This document shows positions 9,801-17,626 of a stretch of 64,000 bases of DNA, one piece after another (positions within the stretch are counted from its first letter, which is position 1; each line of letters opens with the position of its first letter). The notes below the pieces were generated by a model that was not told the DNA's origin, ran no database searches, and saw only the letters and a list, made by a program, of their open reading frames with translations. Source of the stretch: Patescibacteria group bacterium (lineage in GTDB: Bacteria > Patescibacteriota > Patescibacteriia > UBA10025 > JAHIVO01). The translations under genes were made by a program, and so were the position numbers. The DNA is taken from contig JBAZKE010000005.1 of the NCBI GenBank assembly GCA_041650915.1, positions 11,310 to 75,309 on the forward strand. The letters run 5' to 3'.

Positions 9801-10637
9801 TCACGTGTAGTACTGCGTATTATCCCGCAGCTGGTCGAATGAAAATATGGGCCCGTCTTTGCACACGTACAAGTCCCCGATCGCGCAGTGCTGGCACGTG
9901 CCGAGGCCGGCGCAGTGCATCCTCCGTTCGAGCGACAGGTAAATGTCTTCGTCTTTGTATCCAACCTTCTGCACTTCAGGCACCACAAATTTGAACATGA
10001 TCGGCGGGCCGCACAGCACCGCGACACCGTTCTTCACGATATCCGCTTTTTCAAACAGCACTGTTATCACGCCTTTGTAGCAAGAAATTGCCCCGAACGT
10101 TTCATCGTTGCCCTGGTCCATCGACATCGTGATGTTGAACTTTTTCGCGTGCTGCATGAGCTCATCACGCCACAGAATTTCTCCGTAATTCCGGCATCCG
10201 TACAGCAACTGAATCCGCCGGTTTTCCGTATCGAGTTCGTCCCTATTGGAGAGATAATGGATGAGCGAACGGAGCGGGACAAGCCCGAGGCCGCCGGCAA
10301 TGAGCAGAATATTTTTCCCCTTAAATTTTTTCAAATCGAATCCGTTGCCGTACGGGCCGCGGACGCCAAACGAATCCCCTGCATCAAACGTATGGAACTT
10401 CGAGGTAACCCTGCCGACCTTCATTACTCCGATATCATACGCATTCTTTATTGTCAGCGACTCCGCCGGCACAAACACCGACTCCCCGAAGCCGGGAATG
10501 GAAAAGACAAAGAACTGCCCCGGCAAATACTCCAATCCCTTGCCGTCTTTCATGGTAAACGTAAACGACTTCACGCTCGGCGATTGCTGCTTCGTGCTGA
10601 TGATGGTCGCTCCTCTGTGTTCGTACGGATTGCGCAT
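9801..10637 (-). CDS. Sulfhydrogenase-type gamma subunit (FAD/NAD-binding, 2Fe-2S)
   Basis: PGQF, RGPYGNGF, IAGGLGLVP, CGPPIM, ERRMHC..G.CQHC..C.DGP. Confidence 0.92.
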   Translation of the reverse strand: MRNPYEHRGATIISTKQQSPSVKSFTFTMKDGKGLEYLPGQFFVFSIPGFGESVFVPAESLTIKNAYDIGVMKVGRVTSKFHTFDAGDSFGVRGPYGNGFDLKKFKGKNILLIAGGLGLVPLRSLIHYLSNRDELDTENRRIQLLYGCRNYGEILWRDELMQHAKKFNITMSMDQGNDETFGAISCYKGVITVLFEKADIVKNGVAVLCGPPIMFKFVVPEVQKVGYKDEDIYLSLERRMHCAGLGTCQHCAIGDLYVCKDGPIFSFDQLRDNTQYYT

Positions 10638-10723
10638 ATGGTACTGTCATTCTGGCCCCGGACAAAGCCACGGAGGGAAAACCCCCCGTAACGCTAATAA
10701 AACTAAACCCGTTACAATAGCCC

Positions 10724-11743
10724 TCACCTGTTCTTTTCTTGCCCTTGCGTGCTTGTACGACCCCTTTCCTTATGCTCACGCAGGTACTTGAAAACGTCAG
10801 CGCGCTTAATGCCGACCGGGCATACCCTGTCGCACCTGCCGCAGTTCACGCAGCCCATGATCTGGAACTCCTTCGGCGTCCGCACCCACTTGTGCGTATA
10901 CCAGTTCTGGATGCGCTGGGCGTTCGTCTTGAGAAACTTCTGTCCGCCGCCGATCTCGGAAAAATCGTTGTAAAAGCAGGTTGTCCACTTCCGGACGCGC
11001 CTGCCGCTCCCCTTTTCCTTCGTATCCTGCTCGTCCTCAATATTGAAGCAGTAGCAGGTCGGGCAGTCTACCGCGCACTTGCCGCACGCAGTGCAGATCG
11101 CCCCCCAGTGCTCCCACGCGTCCTGTGAAGCTTCAACAATCTCCTTACGGTGGCGCTCGAGCTCGGGGTCAATGCCCTCTTCTTTCAGAAGCCCGGCAAA
11201 CTCGATGTGCTCAAAATCCTTGATGCCGAGCTCTTCGAGTATCACCTGCCCCTTTTCCGATCCGGTAAAAACCTTCCACGCCGCTTTCCCCGTCTTTGCA
11301 AGGAAAATATCGAAAATTATGTGCTCGAGAATGTCCTCCTCGTACCGTTCCCTGAGGTGCCCGGAAAAACCCGATCCCTCGAACAGCGCATGCCCGACGA
11401 GCAGGCTCGTTTGGCGTTTTTTCTGGTAGTACGGGTCGCGCTCGAACGTCTGGTGGAAAAGCCCGACAGCTTTCAGGTCCATCACGGACATCAGAAAAGC
11501 GCACTCCGGCGCATACTGCAGCTTTGGCTTGAGCATCGTGCCCTTTTTGTAATCGAAAAGTGTTTCACGCTTCGGCAGGAGCACGTGTTTGAACGTATTG
11601 ACCGGGATTTGGGGCGAGAAATCGATCTCACCTATGTCCGTTACGCGCTGTACGTACAGTTCGCTGCCGTCCCGTACCGGTGCGTACATCGCATACGCTT
11701 CCAGCAGGTGCGCGATAAATTTATGTAACGTTGCCCGATTCAT
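10724..11743 (-). CDS. Sulfhydrogenase-type beta subunit (4Fe-4S dicluster)
   Basis: CTACGKCAVDCPTCYC and CVNCGRCDRVCP; start taken at MNRAT (the longer ORF in the track extends over the repeat). Confidence 0.9.
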   Translation of the reverse strand: MNRATLHKFIAHLLEAYAMYAPVRDGSELYVQRVTDIGEIDFSPQIPVNTFKHVLLPKRETLFDYKKGTMLKPKLQYAPECAFLMSVMDLKAVGLFHQTFERDPYYQKKRQTSLLVGHALFEGSGFSGHLRERYEEDILEHIIFDIFLAKTGKAAWKVFTGSEKGQVILEELGIKDFEHIEFAGLLKEEGIDPELERHRKEIVEASQDAWEHWGAICTACGKCAVDCPTCYCFNIEDEQDTKEKGSGRRVRKWTTCFYNDFSEIGGGQKFLKTNAQRIQNWYTHKWVRTPKEFQIMGCVNCGRCDRVCPVGIKRADVFKYLREHKERGRTSTQGQEKNR

Positions 11744-11797
11744 GGTGCGTGCATTATAACATAAATCATCACTCTGCTCAACATACGTGTTCATAAA

Positions 11798-11836
11798 AAT
11801 CCCCCACGAAGAAGCGAGGCTCCGCAGGGGATTTGG
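11798..11836 (-). terminator. Putative terminator hairpin after the CTD gene
   Basis: Minus strand AATCCCC.GCGGAG...CTTCGTGGGGGATT followed by T run. Confidence 0.55.
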
Positions 11837-12034
11837 ATGACAGGCCTCCCGGACGGGAGGGAGTACTACTTGAGCAGTACCATTTTTTTTGTTTGCACGG
11901 CGTCCCCCGCGCGGATGCGGTAAAAATAGATGCCTGATGCGTACCGGCCAGCGGCCCACGAGATTTCGTGCTGGCCAGCAGTCTGGTATTCGTCAACGAG
12001 CGTTGCTACCTTTTGTCCGAGGATGTTGTACACG
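11798..12034 (-). repeat. ~235-bp inverted repeat, left copy (T9SS-CTD coding end plus GC hairpin)
   Basis: Reverse complement closely matches 35327-35562, including a ~47-bp near-identical downstream hairpin. Confidence 0.9.
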
Positions 12035-15033
12035 GAGAGCTCGACCATGCACGCGGTCGGCAACTCATACACAACCGTCGTTACGGGGTTAAACGGATTC
12101 GGGTAGTTCTGCCGGATAACGAGTTCTTCGGGCAGGACGTCATCACCCAGCTTATACGCATAGTGCGGGATATCAAGCGGGATAATGCCGGCCTCAACGG
12201 TATCGCCCGCGTTGATAGCTGCGGCAATGTCACGAGCAAGGAGGTCGCACGGACTCGCGTTGCCGCTGATCCAGCAGTCGATGGGGCTCGCACGGATAAG
12301 CGAATCACAGTACGTAATCGCCTGGGAAACCGACGCTCCGTCAGCGCTCACGGAATCCGACAGCGAGAGCCGGTATGCCGCGGCGTTCAGCATCAGCGCG
12401 GCAAGCTGCTGCTGTGCCTGGGATTGGATCGTTACGTAGCAATACGGGCCGGTTCGTTTTGCCATGACCGCATAACGCTCGGCGTTTTTGACCTCGAATT
12501 CCCGATGGCACACGCGCCTGTTGAAGAGCCCTGCCAGCTGCCCGAGCCGAGCGGAGCATTCCGGTTCATCGCTGATCACGACGGACCGAATGGGATGCGC
12601 ACGGTTCCCGTTGAAGTGGCGTTTGATGCGGTCAGCGAACGCGCAGAGGCTGTCGACAGGCTCAACGCCGGACGAATCGCCGTACACGATCTCATTGAGT
12701 TCGTGCCGCCAGTAGCTGGACCGCTGCTGGTTCGGAACGATATCCAGCTGCGTCAGCGAAAATGCCACACTGGCGTCCGCGCCCTGCAATACGGATACCG
12801 CTGCGAGATCGGAATCGGCCGCATACCCCAGCGGCGGCAGTATTCCGACCGAGTACTCGCCCGTAAGCACGTGCGGCAGTTCAAACGATCCGCTCGCGTC
12901 GGTATGCGCCGTGTATTGGCACACGCCGAACGTATCGCACACGTCAACCGCAACGCCGCGAACGCCTGCCATCGCGTCGTCAACCACGGTTCCGGAAATG
13001 GAGCCGATCGGCGCTGATCCCGCGACGAGCGCGTACGGATACGCGTCATGCGGGATATCGATGGCCTCAACCCCAAACGTCCACTCGCCGGCTGCGTCCG
13101 GCACGAACTCCGCTGTTATCGGCGGCTGGCTGGACTGCCATTCGCCGAATACGGTCCCGTCAGGACGGTACGCCGTCAGCTTGAGCTCGCTGCCGAGCCA
13201 GTTGAGCAGCAGCCGCCAGGTCTCGTGGAAACTGTCAATTACGAAATCCCACAATGAAGTGTCGCCTTCATCTATGTAGCCTTCGACGCCGCCTTCCTGC
13301 GTATACGCATCCGGCAGCTGATCTCCAGTCTCCTCCAATAACATGGCAGCGTGGTAGAGCGCGGCGATATCTTCATCCGTCAGCGCCCGATCGTACAGGC
13401 GAACCTCATCAACCGTGCCCGGCAAAAACCCGTCGAAATTGCTGTATCGCCCGATACGAAGGTTCTTGCCATAATTCTGTATGGTTCCGCTCAGCGGGCA
13501 TGAGCCGATGAACTCCGCGTTAACGAATAGCTCTATGGCAGACCCGTCATACGTTCCCACCACGAAGTACCAATTCCCAGGCGTCCAAAAACCATTGTCA
13601 GTTCCCACAGAAGCGTGGGAGCCGGCTGTCACCGAGAAAAGGAACTTCGCGTAGTATTCGCCGTCGTACTGGTCGCCGCACGCTCCAAGGTGGTACTGGT
13701 AATACGGAAACGCGTGCCGCAGATACCCCTTGTCGAAAAGAGGATCGTTGCCCGTGCCCTGGAATGACACCGGCCGGTACCATGCCGCGAGCGTGAGAGC
13801 ATTCGGAGGATTGAGGCTGGCCGCATTGCCGAGATCGATATGGTCGTCAATGCCGTCGAAATCCAATGCCAGGCCGGATATCCCGTCAACCGGAGTAGCG
13901 CCGTATACGGTGCCGTCATTGCCATTCCCCGAATTATCGCCCGCATCCCCAGCATCGAAACTCCAGTAAGCGACCAGGCCGGCTGACAGCGGGTCTACCC
14001 GGATCTTTAGCGTCAGCCCTTCCCCGGAAAAATGCTCTCCCGAGTGCGGCCGGTACAGCGCCACGTACAGGTAGTAGTCACCCGGCGTAAAAGGAGCCTG
14101 AATCTGGAATGAATACAAACCCTGTCCGCCGGGATTAACCAATCCTTCGGGATCGCCTTCCGTAGAAACAATGGCTACACAATTGGGATCAATCCAGTCG
14201 TACGCCAATTCGGATGGCAATCCGTCACTCCACGGTTCAGCGCTTCCCGGACCGGTCACCGATTGCAGCTCCACATAGTGCGGGCTGTTCTCATCATTGG
14301 TCCAGTACGCCGTGCCGAGATTATTGAACGTAAACGACACATTCAGTACCTGCCCAGGAGCTACCGGATAATAGTCCAAGCCGGGTGGGTAGATGGGGGT
14401 TTGGGAGGACCAGCAGGCGTCGTAAGTACCACCATAGTCAGGATCCCGGAGCCAGCCTTGGGTAACATACGCACCACTACTACTAAATGATCCTACACTA
14501 TAGGGCGGGTTAGATGATAGAGAAAGCTGTTTCGGATCCGGCTCTATTTGACCATCGGTTCGATTCTGATCAATCATCAGCACATAGTCCGGCCCAACTT
14601 CCATTATGATTCCTACGTGACCAGCATTATCATGCTCCGGCGCAGGGCCAAAACAGATAATGTCGCCCGATTCCGGTGGAATAATGGACTCGCCATTTAC
14701 ATACTGATCAAGAGTGTCAGTACTCGCCCATGAATCGAAGGCATTTTTGGCCACTCCTCCACTGATGGGATTAAGTGGGTTTAATACCTCAAACTCATAG
14801 AAACGCTTCACATACTCGACACACTGATAAAAGCCGCAGCCTCCTCCAGTCCAATCACCATTGGAGTGGGCAGTAATTCCTCTGAACTCAGCGAGTGGAC
14901 AGCCATAGTTACCGGAAGCCCATTGCCCCTCCTGACCACAGTCTTCATCAAAGTAGATCTCAGGACAATCAGCAAACGATGGTGTGGAGAGTAAATTCCA
15001 TACCATGAGACACAAGAACATCACGTGTTTCAT
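11866..15033 (-). CDS. Secreted multidomain protein: CHAP head, NBR1-Ig-like, LamG, carboxypeptidase-regulatory-like domain, T9SS type A-like CTD
   Basis: Signal peptide; QCVEYVKR and GHVGII (CHAP Cys/His); F.NLGTAYW; LVAYWSFD...DEVRLYDRAL; QNYPNPFNP...YFYRI...KKMVLLK. Confidence 0.85.
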   Translation of the reverse strand: MKHVMFLCLMVWNLLSTPSFADCPEIYFDEDCGQEGQWASGNYGCPLAEFRGITAHSNGDWTGGGCGFYQCVEYVKRFYEFEVLNPLNPISGGVAKNAFDSWASTDTLDQYVNGESIIPPESGDIICFGPAPEHDNAGHVGIIMEVGPDYVLMIDQNRTDGQIEPDPKQLSLSSNPPYSVGSFSSSGAYVTQGWLRDPDYGGTYDACWSSQTPIYPPGLDYYPVAPGQVLNVSFTFNNLGTAYWTNDENSPHYVELQSVTGPGSAEPWSDGLPSELAYDWIDPNCVAIVSTEGDPEGLVNPGGQGLYSFQIQAPFTPGDYYLYVALYRPHSGEHFSGEGLTLKIRVDPLSAGLVAYWSFDAGDAGDNSGNGNDGTVYGATPVDGISGLALDFDGIDDHIDLGNAASLNPPNALTLAAWYRPVSFQGTGNDPLFDKGYLRHAFPYYQYHLGACGDQYDGEYYAKFLFSVTAGSHASVGTDNGFWTPGNWYFVVGTYDGSAIELFVNAEFIGSCPLSGTIQNYGKNLRIGRYSNFDGFLPGTVDEVRLYDRALTDEDIAALYHAAMLLEETGDQLPDAYTQEGGVEGYIDEGDTSLWDFVIDSFHETWRLLLNWLGSELKLTAYRPDGTVFGEWQSSQPPITAEFVPDAAGEWTFGVEAIDIPHDAYPYALVAGSAPIGSISGTVVDDAMAGVRGVAVDVCDTFGVCQYTAHTDASGSFELPHVLTGEYSVGILPPLGYAADSDLAAVSVLQGADASVAFSLTQLDIVPNQQRSSYWRHELNEIVYGDSSGVEPVDSLCAFADRIKRHFNGNRAHPIRSVVISDEPECSARLGQLAGLFNRRVCHREFEVKNAERYAVMAKRTGPYCYVTIQSQAQQQLAALMLNAAAYRLSLSDSVSADGASVSQAITYCDSLIRASPIDCWISGNASPCDLLARDIAAAINAGDTVEAGIIPLDIPHYAYKLGDDVLPEELVIRQNYPNPFNPVTTVVYELPTACMVELSVYNILGQKVATLVDEYQTAGQHEISWAAGRYASGIYFYRIRAGDAVQTKKMVLLK
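14324..14404. repeat. 81-bp perfect direct repeat, copy 1 (head/stalk junction)
   Basis: Identical to 15932-16012; encodes QTPIYPPGLDYYPVAPGQVLNVSFTF. Confidence 0.95.
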
Positions 15034-15112
15034 TAGAAACCTCCTTAAGCAACTAGTTCAACAGTTACAGTTAATTGAATTGTCAATTTACTATTTTCCT
15101 CCTATGCTTTTT

Positions 15113-15820
15113 TTATGTTAGTTTAAGTGTTGAAATTATCATTTCTATAACATCAATTTCACTCGAAAGGTCTGTTGCGGCAAAGTTTTGTTCGTAGGTC
15201 GCGTTGTCCGATAGAGGATAAATGACCGAATACTCTGCGTATAACACCCTATCACCGACTTGTGGAAAAATTGTTGACTCATTTCCTAAATACCATGCTT
15301 TTATTTTACTATCAACGACAACAACGGTAGTAGGCACTTCACGTTCATGAATGGTTACTGGATCACCTGGCACATACTTTCCATTATATGTCACAAAAAA
15401 GTAAGTCCTACTGGTTAATAAATATGAATCATCAACCTTCTTGATACCTAATTCTAACTCTCGATCATTATTTTCACTTGAAAACCTCACAAATTTTGCA
15501 TCGCCTGATAGGTTTGGATTATCAATTAATTCAACATCCTCGACTGTCCACTCGGACGGGATTTTTATCGAGTATCCGTGCTCTTCATTCTCATACGTCA
15601 ACCAGTCTGAGGTATCGATGTCTGAAAGAGTGGCTGTATTTGTGTTCTCGTTTGAATTAGCATCGGTATTAATATTGGTCGCTGTATTCACATTTTCATT
15701 GGTGGCAACAATATTCGTAGTATTCGTATTCCCCTCATTATCCTGAAAAAACAGGAAATACCCGCCAGCCAGGATAATGGCGGCGATGAGGACGCTGACG
15801 ATAAGTGTTGTTTTTGACAT
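15113..15820 (-). CDS. Membrane-anchored PsbP-like protein with Asn/Thr-rich linker
   Basis: N-terminal TM, N/T-rich stalk, DTSDWLTYENEEHGYSIKIPSEW motif. Confidence 0.75.
   Translation of the reverse strand: MSKTTLIVSVLIAAIILAGGYFLFFQDNEGNTNTTNIVATNENVNTATNINTDANSNENTNTATLSDIDTSDWLTYENEEHGYSIKIPSEWTVEDVELIDNPNLSGDAKFVRFSSENNDRELELGIKKVDDSYLLTSRTYFFVTYNGKYVPGDPVTIHEREVPTTVVVVDSKIKAWYLGNESTIFPQVGDRVLYAEYSVIYPLSDNATYEQNFAATDLSSEIDVIEMIISTLKLT
15732..15792. repeat. 61-bp perfect repeat shared by the two PsbP-like gene 5' ends
   Basis: Identical to 17279-17339 (LIAAIILAGGYFLFFQDNEG). Confidence 0.9.
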
Positions 15821-15918
15821 GATCTTTTTTGGTTAGAGATTAAGTGTATGACATATATACAGTATATATGACCTATACCCAATTTCCAACTTCCTAACTA
15901 CCTTCTAAAAACTAACAA

Positions 15919-16608
15919 CTAACTACCAAACTTGAACGTAAACGACACATTCAGTACCTGCCCAGGAGCTACCGGATAATAGTCCAAGCCGGGTGGGTAG
16001 ATGGGGGTTTGGTCGGCGTAGGTGGCTTCGTAGAACTTGCCAGGAGTGTTTTGCACAATCCAGGCAATAGGATCAACCCAGCCGTTGTATGGAGGTGTAA
16101 CCGGTAACTCGAGTGCCCCATACGGATCGGGGGGCATGTCTCCACCAGGATGAACTCCAAAGTGTAAGTGAATCCCATATGACCACGGACCAACAATCGC
16201 AATCTCTTCACCAGCTTTAACCTCATCTCCTTCTCCCAAGCCACTTCTGACATGACCATAGACCGCAACAAACTCCGTCCCGTCTTGAAGGGTATGAAGG
16301 ATGAACAAGCCTACGTTATCATCTCCCCAGCCGCCATCACCGACATCCAGAATCTCGCCGTCTGCTATTGCATAGACGGGATCCCAAAGGTAGGTAGCGA
16401 TATCCCAGCCGATGTGATAGAAACCAGGAAAGTAGGTTCCATTAGGCGGGGGCTCCTCAAGCCACGCCGCATAGTCTCCGAGTTCACTGGTGCCAGTCGG
16501 ATAATAAAACCCGGTAGGCGTCTGCTCAAGCGTCTGTGCATTTACTATGATATTACCAAGCATCATAGTCAGCACAACAACAATTACAACCATTACTGCT
16601 TTCATCAT
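15919..16608 (-). CDS. Secreted M23 peptidase head, truncated (orphan module)
   Basis: Signal peptide; HIGWD, V.AIADG, YGH, HLHFGV M23 motifs; stops a few codons after the 81-bp repeat. Confidence 0.82.
   Translation of the reverse strand: MMKAVMVVIVVVLTMMLGNIIVNAQTLEQTPTGFYYPTGTSELGDYAAWLEEPPPNGTYFPGFYHIGWDIATYLWDPVYAIADGEILDVGDGGWGDDNVGLFILHTLQDGTEFVAVYGHVRSGLGEGDEVKAGEEIAIVGPWSYGIHLHFGVHPGGDMPPDPYGALELPVTPPYNGWVDPIAWIVQNTPGKFYEATYADQTPIYPPGLDYYPVAPGQVLNVSFTFKFGS
15932..16012. repeat. 81-bp perfect direct repeat, copy 2
   Basis: Identical to 14324-14404. Confidence 0.95.
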
Positions 16609-16704
16609 TTTCTCCTTTTTCTAGCAGTTTCTGATTATTCTGTATGTTATGTTTTCAATTTACTATTTTATTCCCTCCAGTTCTGATTTTAAAAAAGGTA
16701 TTTA

Positions 16705-17367
16705 TTATAGTAATTCAAATGTGCTGACAAACGCATCGTACAATTCTTCGCGTTCTGAAGTGAATACAGGTGCGAATTGACTCCCTGTTGCAATCTGGTA
16801 GTAATATGTTTCTCCAAGCAGAATAGAATTTGCACCAATCTTCCTTGTACCACTTTCCAACTGAGCAGTGGCATTATATCTCCATGCGTCTTTGTTGTTA
16901 ACAGAGATAGTTAAATATTCGTTTTTATCGTTAACAGAAAGAGGCACTCCACTATTTACTAACTCATTTAAAGTATTTGCACCCGCATTGTTGCTTGCTA
17001 ATATCCGAATGACCAGGTCACCTATCGAAAAATTAACAATATACCCCAAATCCTCGTCATCATTGATCCCACTAGTCAACTCTTGATAAGTCGCATCACT
17101 TGGATACTTCACAGAATACCCATACTCCTCGTTCTCATACGTCAGCCAGTCTGAGGTATCAATGTCTGAGGTAAGGGCGTTGACATTAGTATTTTCATTG
17201 TCATTAGTGGCTGTGTTGACATTGGTGGCATTCATATTCTGATTAGCAGCAACAGTATTGGCGTTATTGGTATTATCACCCTCATTATCCTGAAAAAACA
17301 GGAAATACCCGCCAGCCAGGATAATGGCGGCGATGAGGATACTGACGAGAATGGTTGGTTTTGACAT
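16705..17367 (-). CDS. Membrane-anchored PsbP-like protein (paralog)
   Basis: Same N-terminus and DTSDWLTYENEEYGYSVKYP motif; divergent C-terminal domain. Confidence 0.75.
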   Translation of the reverse strand: MSKPTILVSILIAAIILAGGYFLFFQDNEGDNTNNANTVAANQNMNATNVNTATNDNENTNVNALTSDIDTSDWLTYENEEYGYSVKYPSDATYQELTSGINDDEDLGYIVNFSIGDLVIRILASNNAGANTLNELVNSGVPLSVNDKNEYLTISVNNKDAWRYNATAQLESGTRKIGANSILLGETYYYQIATGSQFAPVFTSEREELYDAFVSTFELL

Positions 17368-17444
17368 GATTTTTTTTAGGTTAGATGTTAGTTATTAGAT
17401 ACGTATTTATATTATATAACGTATGTACCCAATAACCTACGGCA

Positions 17445-17548
17445 ATCAGCACGAAATTCGAAACTCATCTTGTGGCCATGTTTAGAACATTTGAATTTAA
17501 ATATTTAGATATTGTTTCGAGTTTCGGATTTAGAATTTCGGATTTAAT
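17445..17548. repeat. AT-rich ~7-bp periodic tract resembling four-helix-bundle element arms, with no ORF
   Basis: GTTTAGAACATT...GATATTGTTTCGAGTTTCGGATTTAGAATTTCGGATTT resembles the reverse complement of 23617-23681. Confidence 0.6.
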
Positions 17549-17626
17549 CCCAACATGCCTCCGCAACATATACGTTGGGGAAGATTCGTATCTGCCTCAA
17601 ACCAGCTCTAAAAACCGTCCGTGCCG

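Noticed and set aside
11744-11959. N-terminal extension of the hydrogenase beta ORF in the track
   Set aside because: Overlaps the CTD gene end and terminator; a TATAAT just upstream of 11743 favours the later start
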